Below are positions 11,170-19,921 of a stretch of DNA of 64,000 nucleotides, in pieces. Both the position numbers and the translations under genes were made by a program. Positions within the stretch are counted from its first letter, which is position 1. Each line of letters begins with the position of its first letter. The DNA lies in IMG/VR virus record IMGVR_UViG_3300025389_000010, positions 161,757 through 225,756 of that record; one strand, 5' to 3'. The notes under the pieces were generated by a model that had not been told where the DNA came from, made no database searches, and saw only the letters and a list, made by a program, of their open reading frames with translations. This DNA comes from a virus. Lineage: Duplodnaviria; Caudoviricetes.

Positions 11170-11198
11170 TTGACAAGTAGACCTTCTATCATTAATAT
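11170..11198 (+). promoter_or_regulatory. sigma70-type promoter for the metallophosphoesterase
   Basis: TTGACA-17 bp-TAATAT. Confidence 0.65.
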
Positions 11199-11209
11199 AC
11201 CCGAAACAT

Positions 11210-12403
11210 ATGAACAAATACACAAACAGGGAAGAGCTTAAAGCCGAAGTTTTAAAGCTTAATTCTGAAGGCAAAACAAACTCTGAAATATCCCAATTAT
11301 TGGATATCCCTAGATCAACCGTATATGATTATATTACGGGTAGAAGAAGAGGTGTCAAGAAAACCACCATCATAGAAGAAGAGGAAACTTTTGATGATAA
11401 TGACATTCCTATTGATGTTATTACAGAAAACGAACCAGATCCTTATTATGATCCGGTAGATAACATAATGGCTGGTGTTCCATATATGAGTCCTGTTGAA
11501 TTGAGGAAAAAGAAGATTGAGGATTTCCTTAACAATAGGGAATGGAGAGCTTATACGCCACCACAGGTTACTTTTAAAGAGGAAGCTAACGAAATTGCAC
11601 TGGTTATCGGTGACATGCATTTTGGTGTCCATTGTGAAAAGACTTTGAATATCTTCTATAAGGTAGTTCAGGAAACAAAGCCATCCAAGATTATTCTTAA
11701 CGGTGACACTCTTGATCTTTTGGCTGTCAGCAAGTACACAAAAGATCCTCGTTATACACACGGTATTATGGACGAGATCAATGCATTTCATGACTTCTTG
11801 AAGATTATTCATGATATTACGGCAAATTACGGAACGGAGATTCTTGAGACCAACGGTAACCACTCTGGTAATGGTATTGAAGGTCGTTGGTGGAGATATT
11901 TCTCAACCAGCAACGAAATTAAGGAACTTCTCAATATTCCTTGGGTTGCAGAGAGCTTGAGTTACCAGAGTGTATTTCATCCTAAATGGGAATGGTCTCG
12001 CTTGAAATTAGTTGAAGCTGACAATCAAAATGCATCAATCGTAGAACTTCCCGGTGAGTTATTTGTGTTCCATAGTGATATCGCCAGAAAGAACGGTGGT
12101 ATGTCTGCTCGTGGAAACTTTGAAAAGCATGGTGTTTCTTCAATTACCAACCATACACATCGTATTGGTTCAACAATGCAGAGGGCACCGAAGTTTGGTT
12201 CCAAGAAAGAAAAGATCTATAAGAACTATGAAAATGGTTGTGCCTGTTTGCTTAACCCAACGTATGTCACAAGTGCCAACTGGCAGAATGGTTTTTCAAT
12301 CGTAAACTACAATACAAAAGAAAACATAAGCGGTGTCGAGACCGTCGAGGTTGAGGATGGCAAGGCGGTAGTTTGTTCGCTCGGCAAGACCATAACAGCG
12401 TAA
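11210..12403 (+). CDS. HTH-fused calcineurin-like metallophosphoesterase
   Basis: N-terminal HTH (SEISQLLDIPRSTVYDY); GDMHFG, LNGDTLD, GNH and HTHR metal-binding motifs. Confidence 0.85.
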   Translation: MNKYTNREELKAEVLKLNSEGKTNSEISQLLDIPRSTVYDYITGRRRGVKKTTIIEEEETFDDNDIPIDVITENEPDPYYDPVDNIMAGVPYMSPVELRKKKIEDFLNNREWRAYTPPQVTFKEEANEIALVIGDMHFGVHCEKTLNIFYKVVQETKPSKIILNGDTLDLLAVSKYTKDPRYTHGIMDEINAFHDFLKIIHDITANYGTEILETNGNHSGNGIEGRWWRYFSTSNEIKELLNIPWVAESLSYQSVFHPKWEWSRLKLVEADNQNASIVELPGELFVFHSDIARKNGGMSARGNFEKHGVSSITNHTHRIGSTMQRAPKFGSKKEKIYKNYENGCACLLNPTYVTSANWQNGFSIVNYNTKENISGVETVEVEDGKAVVCSLGKTITA

Positions 12404-12423
12404 ACGGGACAATACGCCAAATA

Positions 12424-12456
12424 AAACCCACACGGTTTCGGCTGTGTGGGTTTTTT
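12424..12456. terminator. Bidirectional intrinsic terminator
   Basis: AAAACCCACAC...GTGTGGGTTTTTT hairpin between convergent genes. Confidence 0.8.
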
Positions 12457-12883
12457 ATTTGTATTCAAAAAATCTTGCTTTATCTACTTCAAAATCATCA
12501 CCATTATCTTCAAATACTTTTTTTGTCAATAAAACCGGATCATCTTTTATACTATAATCAGCTTTCCATGAACCGGTATTATCATATATCCAAAGATTAG
12601 TACTTCCTCTTGGAAAAACATATTCTACAAAAGTATGACCATAAATATGATCATTTTTTTCACTAGGAATTTTAAACAAAGCAAAGACTATTCTTGACCA
12701 GATATTGTGTTTATCAAAGGTATCTTTAAAAATAATAGCTGATGGAAGACAAGAATTTTCCATTTTTTCTATCTGTGGTTCAGGGTTTTCCAACGGTGCT
12801 ATATCTTTGGAATTAGAAACATTGTAAGGTATGCTTATAAACATTATAAAAAGAATTAACATCAAGTATAATGTTTGTTTCAT
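12455..12883 (-). CDS. Secreted/membrane-anchored transglutaminase/papain-like protein (tentative)
   Basis: N-terminal hydrophobic segment; NSCL...GHTFV...WIYDN Cys-His-Asp spacing. Confidence 0.5.
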   Translation of the reverse strand: MKQTLYLMLILFIMFISIPYNVSNSKDIAPLENPEPQIEKMENSCLPSAIIFKDTFDKHNIWSRIVFALFKIPSEKNDHIYGHTFVEYVFPRGSTNLWIYDNTGSWKADYSIKDDPVLLTKKVFEDNGDDFEVDKARFFEYK

Positions 12884-12951
12884 ACTAATATTTATATAAT
12901 ATAAATAACATAAAAAAAGGACTAATAAATTAATATTAGCCCTTTTTAAAT

Positions 12952-13403
12952 TGGTGGAGGCGAGGGGAGTCGAACCCCTGTGTTTAATGTTGAGAAGTAT
13001 ATAATCTTCACATGTTTGGACAAACTTCGTACTTTGGTTGTCTAAAGGTAACGAGGTGTTGTCAACCTATCCATGTTTAGAGACCTACCTGTATGTGTGA
13101 TTAACGACCACATACCACCGCTTGCACTTATTTTCGAGTGTCACAAGTCCCACTCAACCTATTATGATTTACCAAAGGGATTAATAGGATTACCTTTGGT
13201 CCTTATGCTGCGAGGAGGGTCTCTTCCTCGTAACCACAGAGGAACTCTGCGGCGTTGTTGAGGATATAGTCTGCTTCAGCTAAGATAGCATCAGTATTAT
13301 CTTCTGCGTTTATTTGTTTCGATCAGCTTTTAAGGTAGCCAACTGATCAACTACCACATGCATACATAACATCTAACAATTAAGTCGAAGCCAGTACGCC
13401 CCC
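12952..13403 (-). ncRNA. ssrA: tmRNA with tag peptide AEDNTDAILAEADYILNNAAEFLCGYEEETLLAA (13203-13307)
   Basis: 5' GGGGGCG...TTCGAC and 3' GGGGTTCGACTCCCC-T-CGCCTCCACCA form an acceptor stem with G3.U70 and encoded CCA; resume context ATAAAC-GCA; tag ends LAA-stop. Confidence 0.95.
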
Positions 13404-13459
13404 AAAATTATTTATCAAAGATCTATATAAATCTTATAACAAAAATTATAAAAGTCAAC

Positions 13460-13490
13460 AAAAAACCCTCCTTATAAATAAGGAGGGCTT
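13460..13490 (-). terminator. Intrinsic terminator
   Basis: CCCTCCTTA/TAAGGAGGG hairpin with a T-tract on the minus strand. Confidence 0.75.
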
Positions 13491-13509
13491 TATGAATTTG
13501 TTGCCTGTT

Positions 13510-13749
13510 TTAGGCGAATGATATGTTTCCGCTTGAGATAATTTCAGTAGCTCTTGCTAAAACAGAGTCATTCGACCATTCACCAGCAGCGGTATATTCC
13601 TGTTCACCTTGCCAAAGGACGATTCCACGAGGAATGCCTTTGATTCTGGCTATAATCTTTTTTTCTAAAAAAAGATCTCTAACTGTTTCTACAACAATTT
13701 TATCAATTGTTATTGATTGTGAATTTTGTAGGTTTACGGTTATTGACAT
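13510..13749 (-). CDS. Small fibre-associated protein, paralog A
   Basis: 79 aa; strongly similar to 13762-14001 (VRDLF.EK.IIAR.KG.PR.IVLW.G..EY.AAG.W.NDS). Confidence 0.75.
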   Translation of the reverse strand: MSITVNLQNSQSITIDKIVVETVRDLFLEKKIIARIKGIPRGIVLWQGEQEYTAAGEWSNDSVLARATEIISSGNISFA

Positions 13750-13761
13750 AACATTTTAAAT

Positions 13762-14001
13762 TTATGCCCAAGGAATAGCCGAAAGAGAAAGAACCTGAGT
13801 AGCTTGTGCAGTAGCTGAATCATTTGTCCAGTTACCAGCAGCAGCATATTCAGTTGCACCACTCCAGAGAACGATTGGTCTTGGGAGACCTTTTACTCTG
13901 GCGATGATTGTCTTCTCTTGAAACAAATCTCTGACAGCGAGTAATTCTACTGCTGAGAGAGATACCGTCTGTTCAGGTTGTGTTACGACATTTATGCTCA
14001 T
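13762..14001 (-). CDS. Small fibre-associated protein, paralog B
   Basis: 79 aa; tandem paralog of 13510-13749. Confidence 0.75.
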   Translation of the reverse strand: MSINVVTQPEQTVSLSAVELLAVRDLFQEKTIIARVKGLPRPIVLWSGATEYAAAGNWTNDSATAQATQVLSLSAIPWA

Positions 14002-14115
14002 ATGTTTTTTAGTTGGGGGTTATGGATTCGTTGTATTCCCCACCCAACCGGATGGGGCGAATCCTTTCTTTTAATATTTATCTTTGGCTTTTACTATTTC
14101 TAGTAAATTTTAAAT

Positions 14116-14478
14116 TTAAATTGTTTTATAAGCTAAAACTGCACCGTGTGATAACTGAATAGCATATATTTGCCCATTAAGTTCAAAACCTTGTGGTAAT
14201 TCATATGCTGTTAAATTTCCAACAAAGCTATTATCAGCTGTTAATCCTGCAATTTTACAATCAGCTACTACCTTTATGGTTTGATAACTTCCTAAATATA
14301 AAGTTGCATCATCAATAAAATCAAAACCATTAGCGGTTTCGTTATTATTGACAATATAAGTCGCTTGTGCAAACAATGCTCTGTTCTGATCATTGTTGAC
14401 GGTAACCCAAGAATTATTAAACGCTACGTTTGAATTAAACGGAACTGCTGAGAGTATAGGAGATAAAGTTACAGGCAT
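14116..14478 (-). CDS. Putative structural protein
   Basis: 120 aa; TATAAGTA upstream; shares the SWVTVN motif with 16484-16765. Confidence 0.65.
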   Translation of the reverse strand: MPVTLSPILSAVPFNSNVAFNNSWVTVNNDQNRALFAQATYIVNNNETANGFDFIDDATLYLGSYQTIKVVADCKIAGLTADNSFVGNLTAYELPQGFELNGQIYAIQLSHGAVLAYKTI

Positions 14479-14499
14479 AGAATTAAAAATACTTATAGA

Positions 14500-14823
14500 T
14501 TATGATGACACTTTTGTTGGTGGAATAGAAGGTTTTGGAAATAAAGCTAATATGCTCTTTTGAATATCATCATTTGTTTTTCCCAAAAGTTCAGTAATTC
14601 TATTTTCAACATCAGTATCGGTAAATTGACCAGCTTGTGTATATGTTGGTGTTGTATTTGGACCCCATAAAAGAAGGCTTACGTTTGCTCCTTTAATAAA
14701 AGCAGTTGCTGATTTTGAATCATAAGTTATTGACCAATCAATATTGTTTAACACAATCGGTGTAATTGGTTTTCCGTTAACTGGATTAGGTGTTAATGTT
14801 ATTGGTGATGTTAATGTTATCAT
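14500..14823 (-). CDS. Small fibre-associated protein, distant paralog C
   Basis: A.IKG...LLLWG....Y..AG..TD..V..R pattern like the 13.5-14.0 kb pair; TATAAATA upstream. Confidence 0.65.
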   Translation of the reverse strand: MITLTSPITLTPNPVNGKPITPIVLNNIDWSITYDSKSATAFIKGANVSLLLWGPNTTPTYTQAGQFTDTDVENRITELLGKTNDDIQKSILALFPKPSIPPTKVSS

Positions 14824-14828
14824 ATTAA

Positions 14829-14836
14829 TATTTATA
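14829..14836 (-). promoter_or_regulatory. T4-type late promoter motif (representative copy)
   Basis: TATAAATA 5 nt before ATG. Same or variant (TATAAGTA, TAAGTA, TAAATA) motif precedes the starts at 406, 10668, 11120, 14478, 16478, 16765, 17800, 18514, 18955, 20962, 21921, 24081, 27398, 28574, 39963 and 55748. Confidence 0.75.
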
Positions 14837-16478
14837 CTTTAATAAACCAAGGAAGATTTAATATGCGTGATATAAAACCTCCTGTTGATATATTGTAATA
14901 TATCGGAGTACCCCAATTAAGAGATGAAATTGTATTTTCTAATGATGCTAACGAATTAAAATATACACCACCACCACAAACACCATTACTTCCGCTATTT
15001 TGTAATGTAGAATTATCGTAGAAATAAACATTACCGTTTATATAACCATTGCCATAATTAACATTATCATAAGAATTATTATAAAAATATGCATCACCAT
15101 AAATTGTATAATTATTACCAGAATTATCGTAAAATTTTACATTTTCGTTCACATACAATGTTAAACTATTAAGTGTAGAATTTTCATAAAATATTGCACT
15201 GTTTACATTAATTGATGGGTTTTGGTTGTATCCGGTTAATCCAGAACCGTATATGTGAATGTTTGATCCTGCATCTGGAAGATTTTGTGAACCAATTCCA
15301 ATTGGTCTTGATGTAAATGTTGTATCCGACCACCAGTTATTTAAATCATCCCATATACCAGTTGATCCACTTCCAGATACACTATCATTGAACCATTGTT
15401 CAACAACAGCAGGCCAGCCAATATATGTTACTGTACCAGTAACAATTCCACCAATTGGATATAAACCATTTCCGCTGGAATAATAAACAGTTGCATTTCC
15501 AGTAATTGTTCCGTAATTGTAAGAAGAATCAGTAAAAGATACATTTCCAGTAACATGACCATTTGATCCTAAAGAACTTTGATTATAAAAATAAAATGCA
15601 CCATTCCCGTTTGCATCAAAAACGTAACTATTAAAAACAGAAGCATCAGCACAACGACATACATGATCACCATATGTGTTTTGGGTAACATTACCATATA
15701 TTTGTGCTTCGGTAATATTTGTAGGGTGAGACGTTGCTGCCACAGTAAAAGTAGAATTTTTCCACCAATTACCCAAATCGCCCCAATCTCCATTATTATT
15801 TGCATTATTATAATACAAAACAGAAAATGGATAGCTATTACCAACACCAGCAGCATAAAGTGCCGAAACTTCGACAGAATTGAGTGCCCTGTTCCAGATT
15901 CCTATTTCATCCGCAAGACCAGTATATTCGTTATTTAAATTATTATCATTTGAACCAAAAAAACCAAGAGAAGTAAAATGTTGCGGAAATCCGTATGAAC
16001 CAACAGCACTAGAACCTATATTCGTATTATCCAAATAATATTTTGCAGACCCATCCGAATCTATCGATATTACAATATGATGCCAACTATCATCTAATAT
16101 ATTTATATTATAAAGATTACCCCAAATACTAAGTTTTGAACCACCAAACGCTTGTGTCATTCCAAAATCATAAGATGGAAACCCACCACCACTGGAATAA
16201 GTTGTAATAAAAACTTGTTGACTATCGGTTTGCGTAGAACTGGGTTTAACCCAAAAAGAAACACTAAAAGCATTAAAATCAGCAGGAAAATTTGCCTGTA
16301 AGTTTCTTGCACTACCATCAAAAATAGCACAACCACCAATCTTCCCTTGTGAGTAGAATGGAACATCACCGTTATTGGTTAATGTGCTACCGTTTGATGT
16401 GGAATCAAGAAGACTTAATCCACCACTTCCATCATTGTCAAGTTTCCAATAAGCTACAATTCCATCAAGCAATGACAT
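14832..16478 (-). CDS. LamG-domain tail fibre/adhesin with beta-helix-like repeats
   Basis: IVAYWKLD...DEIGIWNRAL LamG module followed by repeated GNV.F.D.S.NYG.I.G units and two W..L.NWW motifs. Confidence 0.75.
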   Translation of the reverse strand: MSLLDGIVAYWKLDNDGSGGLSLLDSTSNGSTLTNNGDVPFYSQGKIGGCAIFDGSARNLQANFPADFNAFSVSFWVKPSSTQTDSQQVFITTYSSGGGFPSYDFGMTQAFGGSKLSIWGNLYNINILDDSWHHIVISIDSDGSAKYYLDNTNIGSSAVGSYGFPQHFTSLGFFGSNDNNLNNEYTGLADEIGIWNRALNSVEVSALYAAGVGNSYPFSVLYYNNANNNGDWGDLGNWWKNSTFTVAATSHPTNITEAQIYGNVTQNTYGDHVCRCADASVFNSYVFDANGNGAFYFYNQSSLGSNGHVTGNVSFTDSSYNYGTITGNATVYYSSGNGLYPIGGIVTGTVTYIGWPAVVEQWFNDSVSGSGSTGIWDDLNNWWSDTTFTSRPIGIGSQNLPDAGSNIHIYGSGLTGYNQNPSINVNSAIFYENSTLNSLTLYVNENVKFYDNSGNNYTIYGDAYFYNNSYDNVNYGNGYINGNVYFYDNSTLQNSGSNGVCGGGVYFNSLASLENTISSLNWGTPIYYNISTGGFISRILNLPWFIKV

Positions 16479-16483
16479 ATTAT

Positions 16484-16765
16484 TTATACAATAGTTGTGG
16501 AGAGGTTTTGAAGATTATTACTTCCATCATATGTTATAGTAATTGTTGCAACTGTAACATTATTTAATTTTAAAGTAATATTTTGTGGTTTGTCTGTAGC
16601 AACATAATTAGTTGCTACAATTTGATCATATACTGGTAATTTCAATTGACCTAAATTTTGAACCGCTCTTGCATAAAAAGGTGCGTCACCATTGACTGTT
16701 ACCCAAGAATGATCGGCTGGTTCGTAATGAAGTTGTGCGTTTGCTGCTAATGGATCGAGTGACAT
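16484..16765 (-). CDS. Putative structural protein
   Basis: 93 aa; ATAAGTA upstream. Confidence 0.6.
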   Translation of the reverse strand: MSLDPLAANAQLHYEPADHSWVTVNGDAPFYARAVQNLGQLKLPVYDQIVATNYVATDKPQNITLKLNNVTVATITITYDGSNNLQNLSTTIV

Positions 16766-16775
16766 ATACTATTAC

Positions 16776-16919
16776 TTATCTTTTAAATATACTTAATAAC
16801 CTTTGCCAGAAACTTTTTTTCTTAAGCAAAAGAGGTCTTTTGGTTGGCGTTGGTTCTTCCTCTTCATACCTAAAATCTCTATAAACTCTGCTCGTTGTAT
16901 AATTTACTTTATTTTTCAT
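16776..16919 (-). CDS. Small basic peptide (47 aa, not in the ORF track)
   Basis: MKNKVNYTTSRVYRDFRYEEEEPTPTKRPLLLKKKSFWQRLLSIFKR; fills the gap and overlaps the upstream stop. Confidence 0.5.
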   Translation of the reverse strand: MKNKVNYTTSRVYRDFRYEEEEPTPTKRPLLLKKKSFWQRLLSIFKR

Positions 16920-17800
16920 ACTCTATAATTTATATCATTGTTTCTATTCACTACTGTAGATTTTTTTGGAAATTCATCTTTAATGTATTCATTTGAATTA
17001 ACTAATGCAGATTCTTCAGAATTTTCCACTTTAGTTAATTCCTTTTTAAAACCGTCGAATTCGACGGGTTTACGTTCTATTAAAGAATTATAAGCTAAAA
17101 CTAATGCAACTGCCAAAGGATCAAATACTAAAACAATAGCAAGCGTAAACCATTTAACAATTGTGTCCATGTCAACACCAAAAGCTTTAGCAACATATTT
17201 AAGCGTTCCAATGTCAACTTCTTTCGATCCTTCAATCTTCTCTTGGATTGTGTCCTGATTAACTCGAAATAGTTCATTTGTAAGTTCATCAATTCTAGCT
17301 CTTGTTGAACTGATTTCTTCGCCTGATCTTCTAATATCATCATATACTGGTCGAGCCGATTTCGATGACATCTGTTGTAACCTTTTCTCTTGCGATTTCC
17401 TTGCTTCATTTAAAGTATTTATTCTTTCGTTAAGTTGTTTTATTTCAGTATTTAAGAATTCCTTCTTGGAATTCAATGCTTCTTGTTTGGTGTCTGTAAG
17501 TTCAACTTTAACATGACTCTGTTGATAAGCACCTGTTAAAAATCCAAAAATACCAAGAGATGTTATACCCATTAAAACAACAACGGCTATTGTTAAATAC
17601 AATTTAAGTAACCAACCGGTTGTTTTCCAGTATCTATGTAGAAAAGAAGCTGCTACTAATTTTCCCACTTCAAGTCCACCTGCCATTACACAAACGGCAA
17701 TATATCGAGCAGCATAAAGTGTTGCCAAACCTTGTACCGAAAAGAATGCTGCACAACCAGCAACTATCAAAGCTACGATTCCAACTAAAGCAGTAAACAT
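16916..17800 (-). CDS. Multi-TM coiled-coil membrane protein (conserved phage hypothetical)
   Basis: Three N-terminal TM helices, a long coiled coil and a C-terminal TM with FDPLAV. Confidence 0.7.
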   Translation of the reverse strand: MFTALVGIVALIVAGCAAFFSVQGLATLYAARYIAVCVMAGGLEVGKLVAASFLHRYWKTTGWLLKLYLTIAVVVLMGITSLGIFGFLTGAYQQSHVKVELTDTKQEALNSKKEFLNTEIKQLNERINTLNEARKSQEKRLQQMSSKSARPVYDDIRRSGEEISSTRARIDELTNELFRVNQDTIQEKIEGSKEVDIGTLKYVAKAFGVDMDTIVKWFTLAIVLVFDPLAVALVLAYNSLIERKPVEFDGFKKELTKVENSEESALVNSNEYIKDEFPKKSTVVNRNNDINYRV

Positions 17801-17863
17801 ATCTAATACTTACTGTTTATAAATATCTGATACAAAAGTATTATCCAAAGTACCATCAACACA

Positions 17864-18514
17864 TTAATTATAAGATATAAAGGTAGCAAAAACTGTTTTA
17901 TTTGCACTACTAGCTTTAATTGCTACTTCGCTAGTATTACCAACCAATTTAAGATCTACAGATGTGTTATTATCAATCGGTAAACCTATTGTTTTAGAAG
18001 CATTTTTAATATACATGGTGTCACCTGTATTATTTAAAATTGTTATTTCGTTAGCTGGATTTGAAGGAAGAGTTGTATATGTTGATGAATTAATAGCAGC
18101 ACTCAATACATCCCAATTTGTAACAGTTGTGGATTGGAGATTATTTACAAAAACATTTAATGCACTGTTAGTTATTATTGCATAATTTCCTGAAGGATCA
18201 CCAATAGTAAAACTATCATGTTGAGAATCTAAATCTTGAGTCAGAACCCTTAATGCACCTTGTCCAACACCAACAGAAACAACATTTGCATTTAAACCAG
18301 TATCTGGATCTGCTATATTGAAATCACCTATTGCAACGTGATCAGCAGAAAGACTTATTACCAAATCATTTAGATTTGTTATATAAGAAGCTCTTGCCGT
18401 TATTGGTCTACCAGCATTGCTATCGACTACAATTAATTCACTATCATACTGAGAGGTTGAACGTAAAGGTAGGGCTGAAAGATTGTTCGTTAATGCATAG
18501 TTAGACATTAACAA
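17864..18514 (-). CDS. Putative structural protein
   Basis: 216-aa beta-rich ORF; ATAAGTA upstream. Confidence 0.65.
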   Translation of the reverse strand: MLMSNYALTNNLSALPLRSTSQYDSELIVVDSNAGRPITARASYITNLNDLVISLSADHVAIGDFNIADPDTGLNANVVSVGVGQGALRVLTQDLDSQHDSFTIGDPSGNYAIITNSALNVFVNNLQSTTVTNWDVLSAAINSSTYTTLPSNPANEITILNNTGDTMYIKNASKTIGLPIDNNTSVDLKLVGNTSEVAIKASSANKTVFATFISYN

Positions 18515-18528
18515 TACTTATTTCTTTT

Positions 18529-18732
18529 TTATTTTTTTTTCAAATCTATTTGATATATACCAGTTTTAGCACTACCATAGTTTACTATAGTTCCTGTATA
18601 TCTTTCGTTATCGTAATTAAACCTTATCATATCACCCTCTTCTAATACCAAATCAGGGTGTGTGGTGTTATAATCTCCCAAATCAATATAAAAAATATTA
18701 TTTTCTTTATTTATAAAGTCTTCTATTTTCAT
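18529..18732 (-). CDS. Hypothetical protein (SH3-like, tentative)
   Basis: 67 aa; L.EGD.I...RYTGTIV pattern. Confidence 0.55.
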   Translation of the reverse strand: MKIEDFINKENNIFYIDLGDYNTTHPDLVLEEGDMIRFNYDNERYTGTIVNYGSAKTGIYQIDLKKK

Positions 18733-18896
18733 GCAAATATCGAATCAAAGGGTTTTTCTATTACCATTAACACCTTTTCCAAGGCATGTTTATGCTTTTT
18801 TAGTTCTTCTATTTTTTTAGTTGCTTCCATAAGCTTATCTATTTCAATATCTATCTCATCCGAGATGTCTTTTATCTGTTGTTGTATTTCTTCCAT
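18729..18896 (-). CDS. Small coiled-coil protein (55 aa, not in the ORF track)
   Basis: MEEIQQQIKDISDEIDIEIDKLMEATKKIEELKKHK...; ATGA overlap with the next gene. Confidence 0.55.
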   Translation of the reverse strand: MEEIQQQIKDISDEIDIEIDKLMEATKKIEELKKHKHALEKVLMVIEKPFDSIFA

Positions 18897-18954
18897 TTTA
18901 TTTATTTTTTATATTTATTCAATACTTTTTGCATTTTATTTATAAGTAGTCATA

Positions 18955-19641
18955 ATGGATTCTTTAAATGACAAGATATGGGGCAAAGATGGCAAAATTA
19001 TACCCATCGTTAGAGACAAGTTGCTCAAACTCGCACATAAGATCATAAATGAGGTTGAAACAAAGGTAAAGGTTAAACATATCTATTTTACAGGCTCACT
19101 TGCTGGTTATAATTGGACACCAATGAGTGATATTGATGTTCATATTATTGTTGATATTCTTGAAAATCATACGGATAAAACTTTGAGTGATTATTTCGAT
19201 CTTATATGCAAAATGTTTAATAGTCAACATTTTATTTTTATAAAAGGTTATAAGGTTGAAGTTAACATGAAAGAAAAAGAAGGATATGTTGAAGGTAAAG
19301 CAATATATGATTTATTAAAAGACAAATGGGTTGTTAAACCGACATCCAATAAAAGAAGTTTAAACGATCCCGATGTAATGGAACTTACAAAAAAATACGA
19401 AAAAAGAATAGACAAAATAATTGACCATAGAGGAAGTATTGATGATGCAGTTGATTTAAAACAAGAAATAAAAGATTTAAGAACAACCGGACTCAAGCAC
19501 GGTGGAGAATATTCAATCGGCAATCTTGTTTTTAAGAATCTCAGAAATTCCGAATACATTGCAAAACTTTTCAATTACAAAAACAAATTGGAAGACCAAG
19601 AACTTTCATTAGAAAAACTTTGTGTCAGTACTTCTTGGTAA
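18955..19641 (+). CDS. Pol-beta superfamily nucleotidyltransferase
   Basis: YFTGS...SDIDVHI motif (GS plus DxD), with a later acidic residue in YKVEV. Confidence 0.8.
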   Translation: MDSLNDKIWGKDGKIIPIVRDKLLKLAHKIINEVETKVKVKHIYFTGSLAGYNWTPMSDIDVHIIVDILENHTDKTLSDYFDLICKMFNSQHFIFIKGYKVEVNMKEKEGYVEGKAIYDLLKDKWVVKPTSNKRSLNDPDVMELTKKYEKRIDKIIDHRGSIDDAVDLKQEIKDLRTTGLKHGGEYSIGNLVFKNLRNSEYIAKLFNYKNKLEDQELSLEKLCVSTSW

Positions 19642-19750
19642 TTTTATTTTTGTTTTTAACAAACCCATCTACCTTACCTGAAGGTTTAGGGAAATTCTCA
19701 ACAAACTTTTTCATATCTGTTGGTCTTGGTTTTGATCCTTTTCCTGCCAT
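19625..19750 (-). CDS. Small phage peptide (41 aa, not in the ORF track)
   Basis: MAGKGSKPRPTDMKKFVENF...; GKGSKPRP is a recurrent start in small phage proteins. Confidence 0.55.
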   Translation of the reverse strand: MAGKGSKPRPTDMKKFVENFPKPSGKVDGFVKNKNKITKKY

Positions 19751-19921
19751 AATATTATTCCAAATTAGAAGCTGTCTTAACGCAAAGCAAACGAAGCTTT
19801 CCTATCAGATTATGAACTTTATTGAACAGAAAACTATTTTCCGCTGATTCCAAAGACAATAGCCACCTTTCAAATTTGATTGTCATTAACGAAAATTCAA
19901 TCAAGAGCTTAGTTACGATTT

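Noticed and set aside
13073-13261. 62-aa plus-strand ORF
   Set aside because: Antisense to the tmRNA, with no protein features
655-16478. Diversity-generating retroelement acting on fibre genes
   Set aside because: No reverse transcriptase and no template/variable repeat pair with adenine-specific mismatches seen in this window
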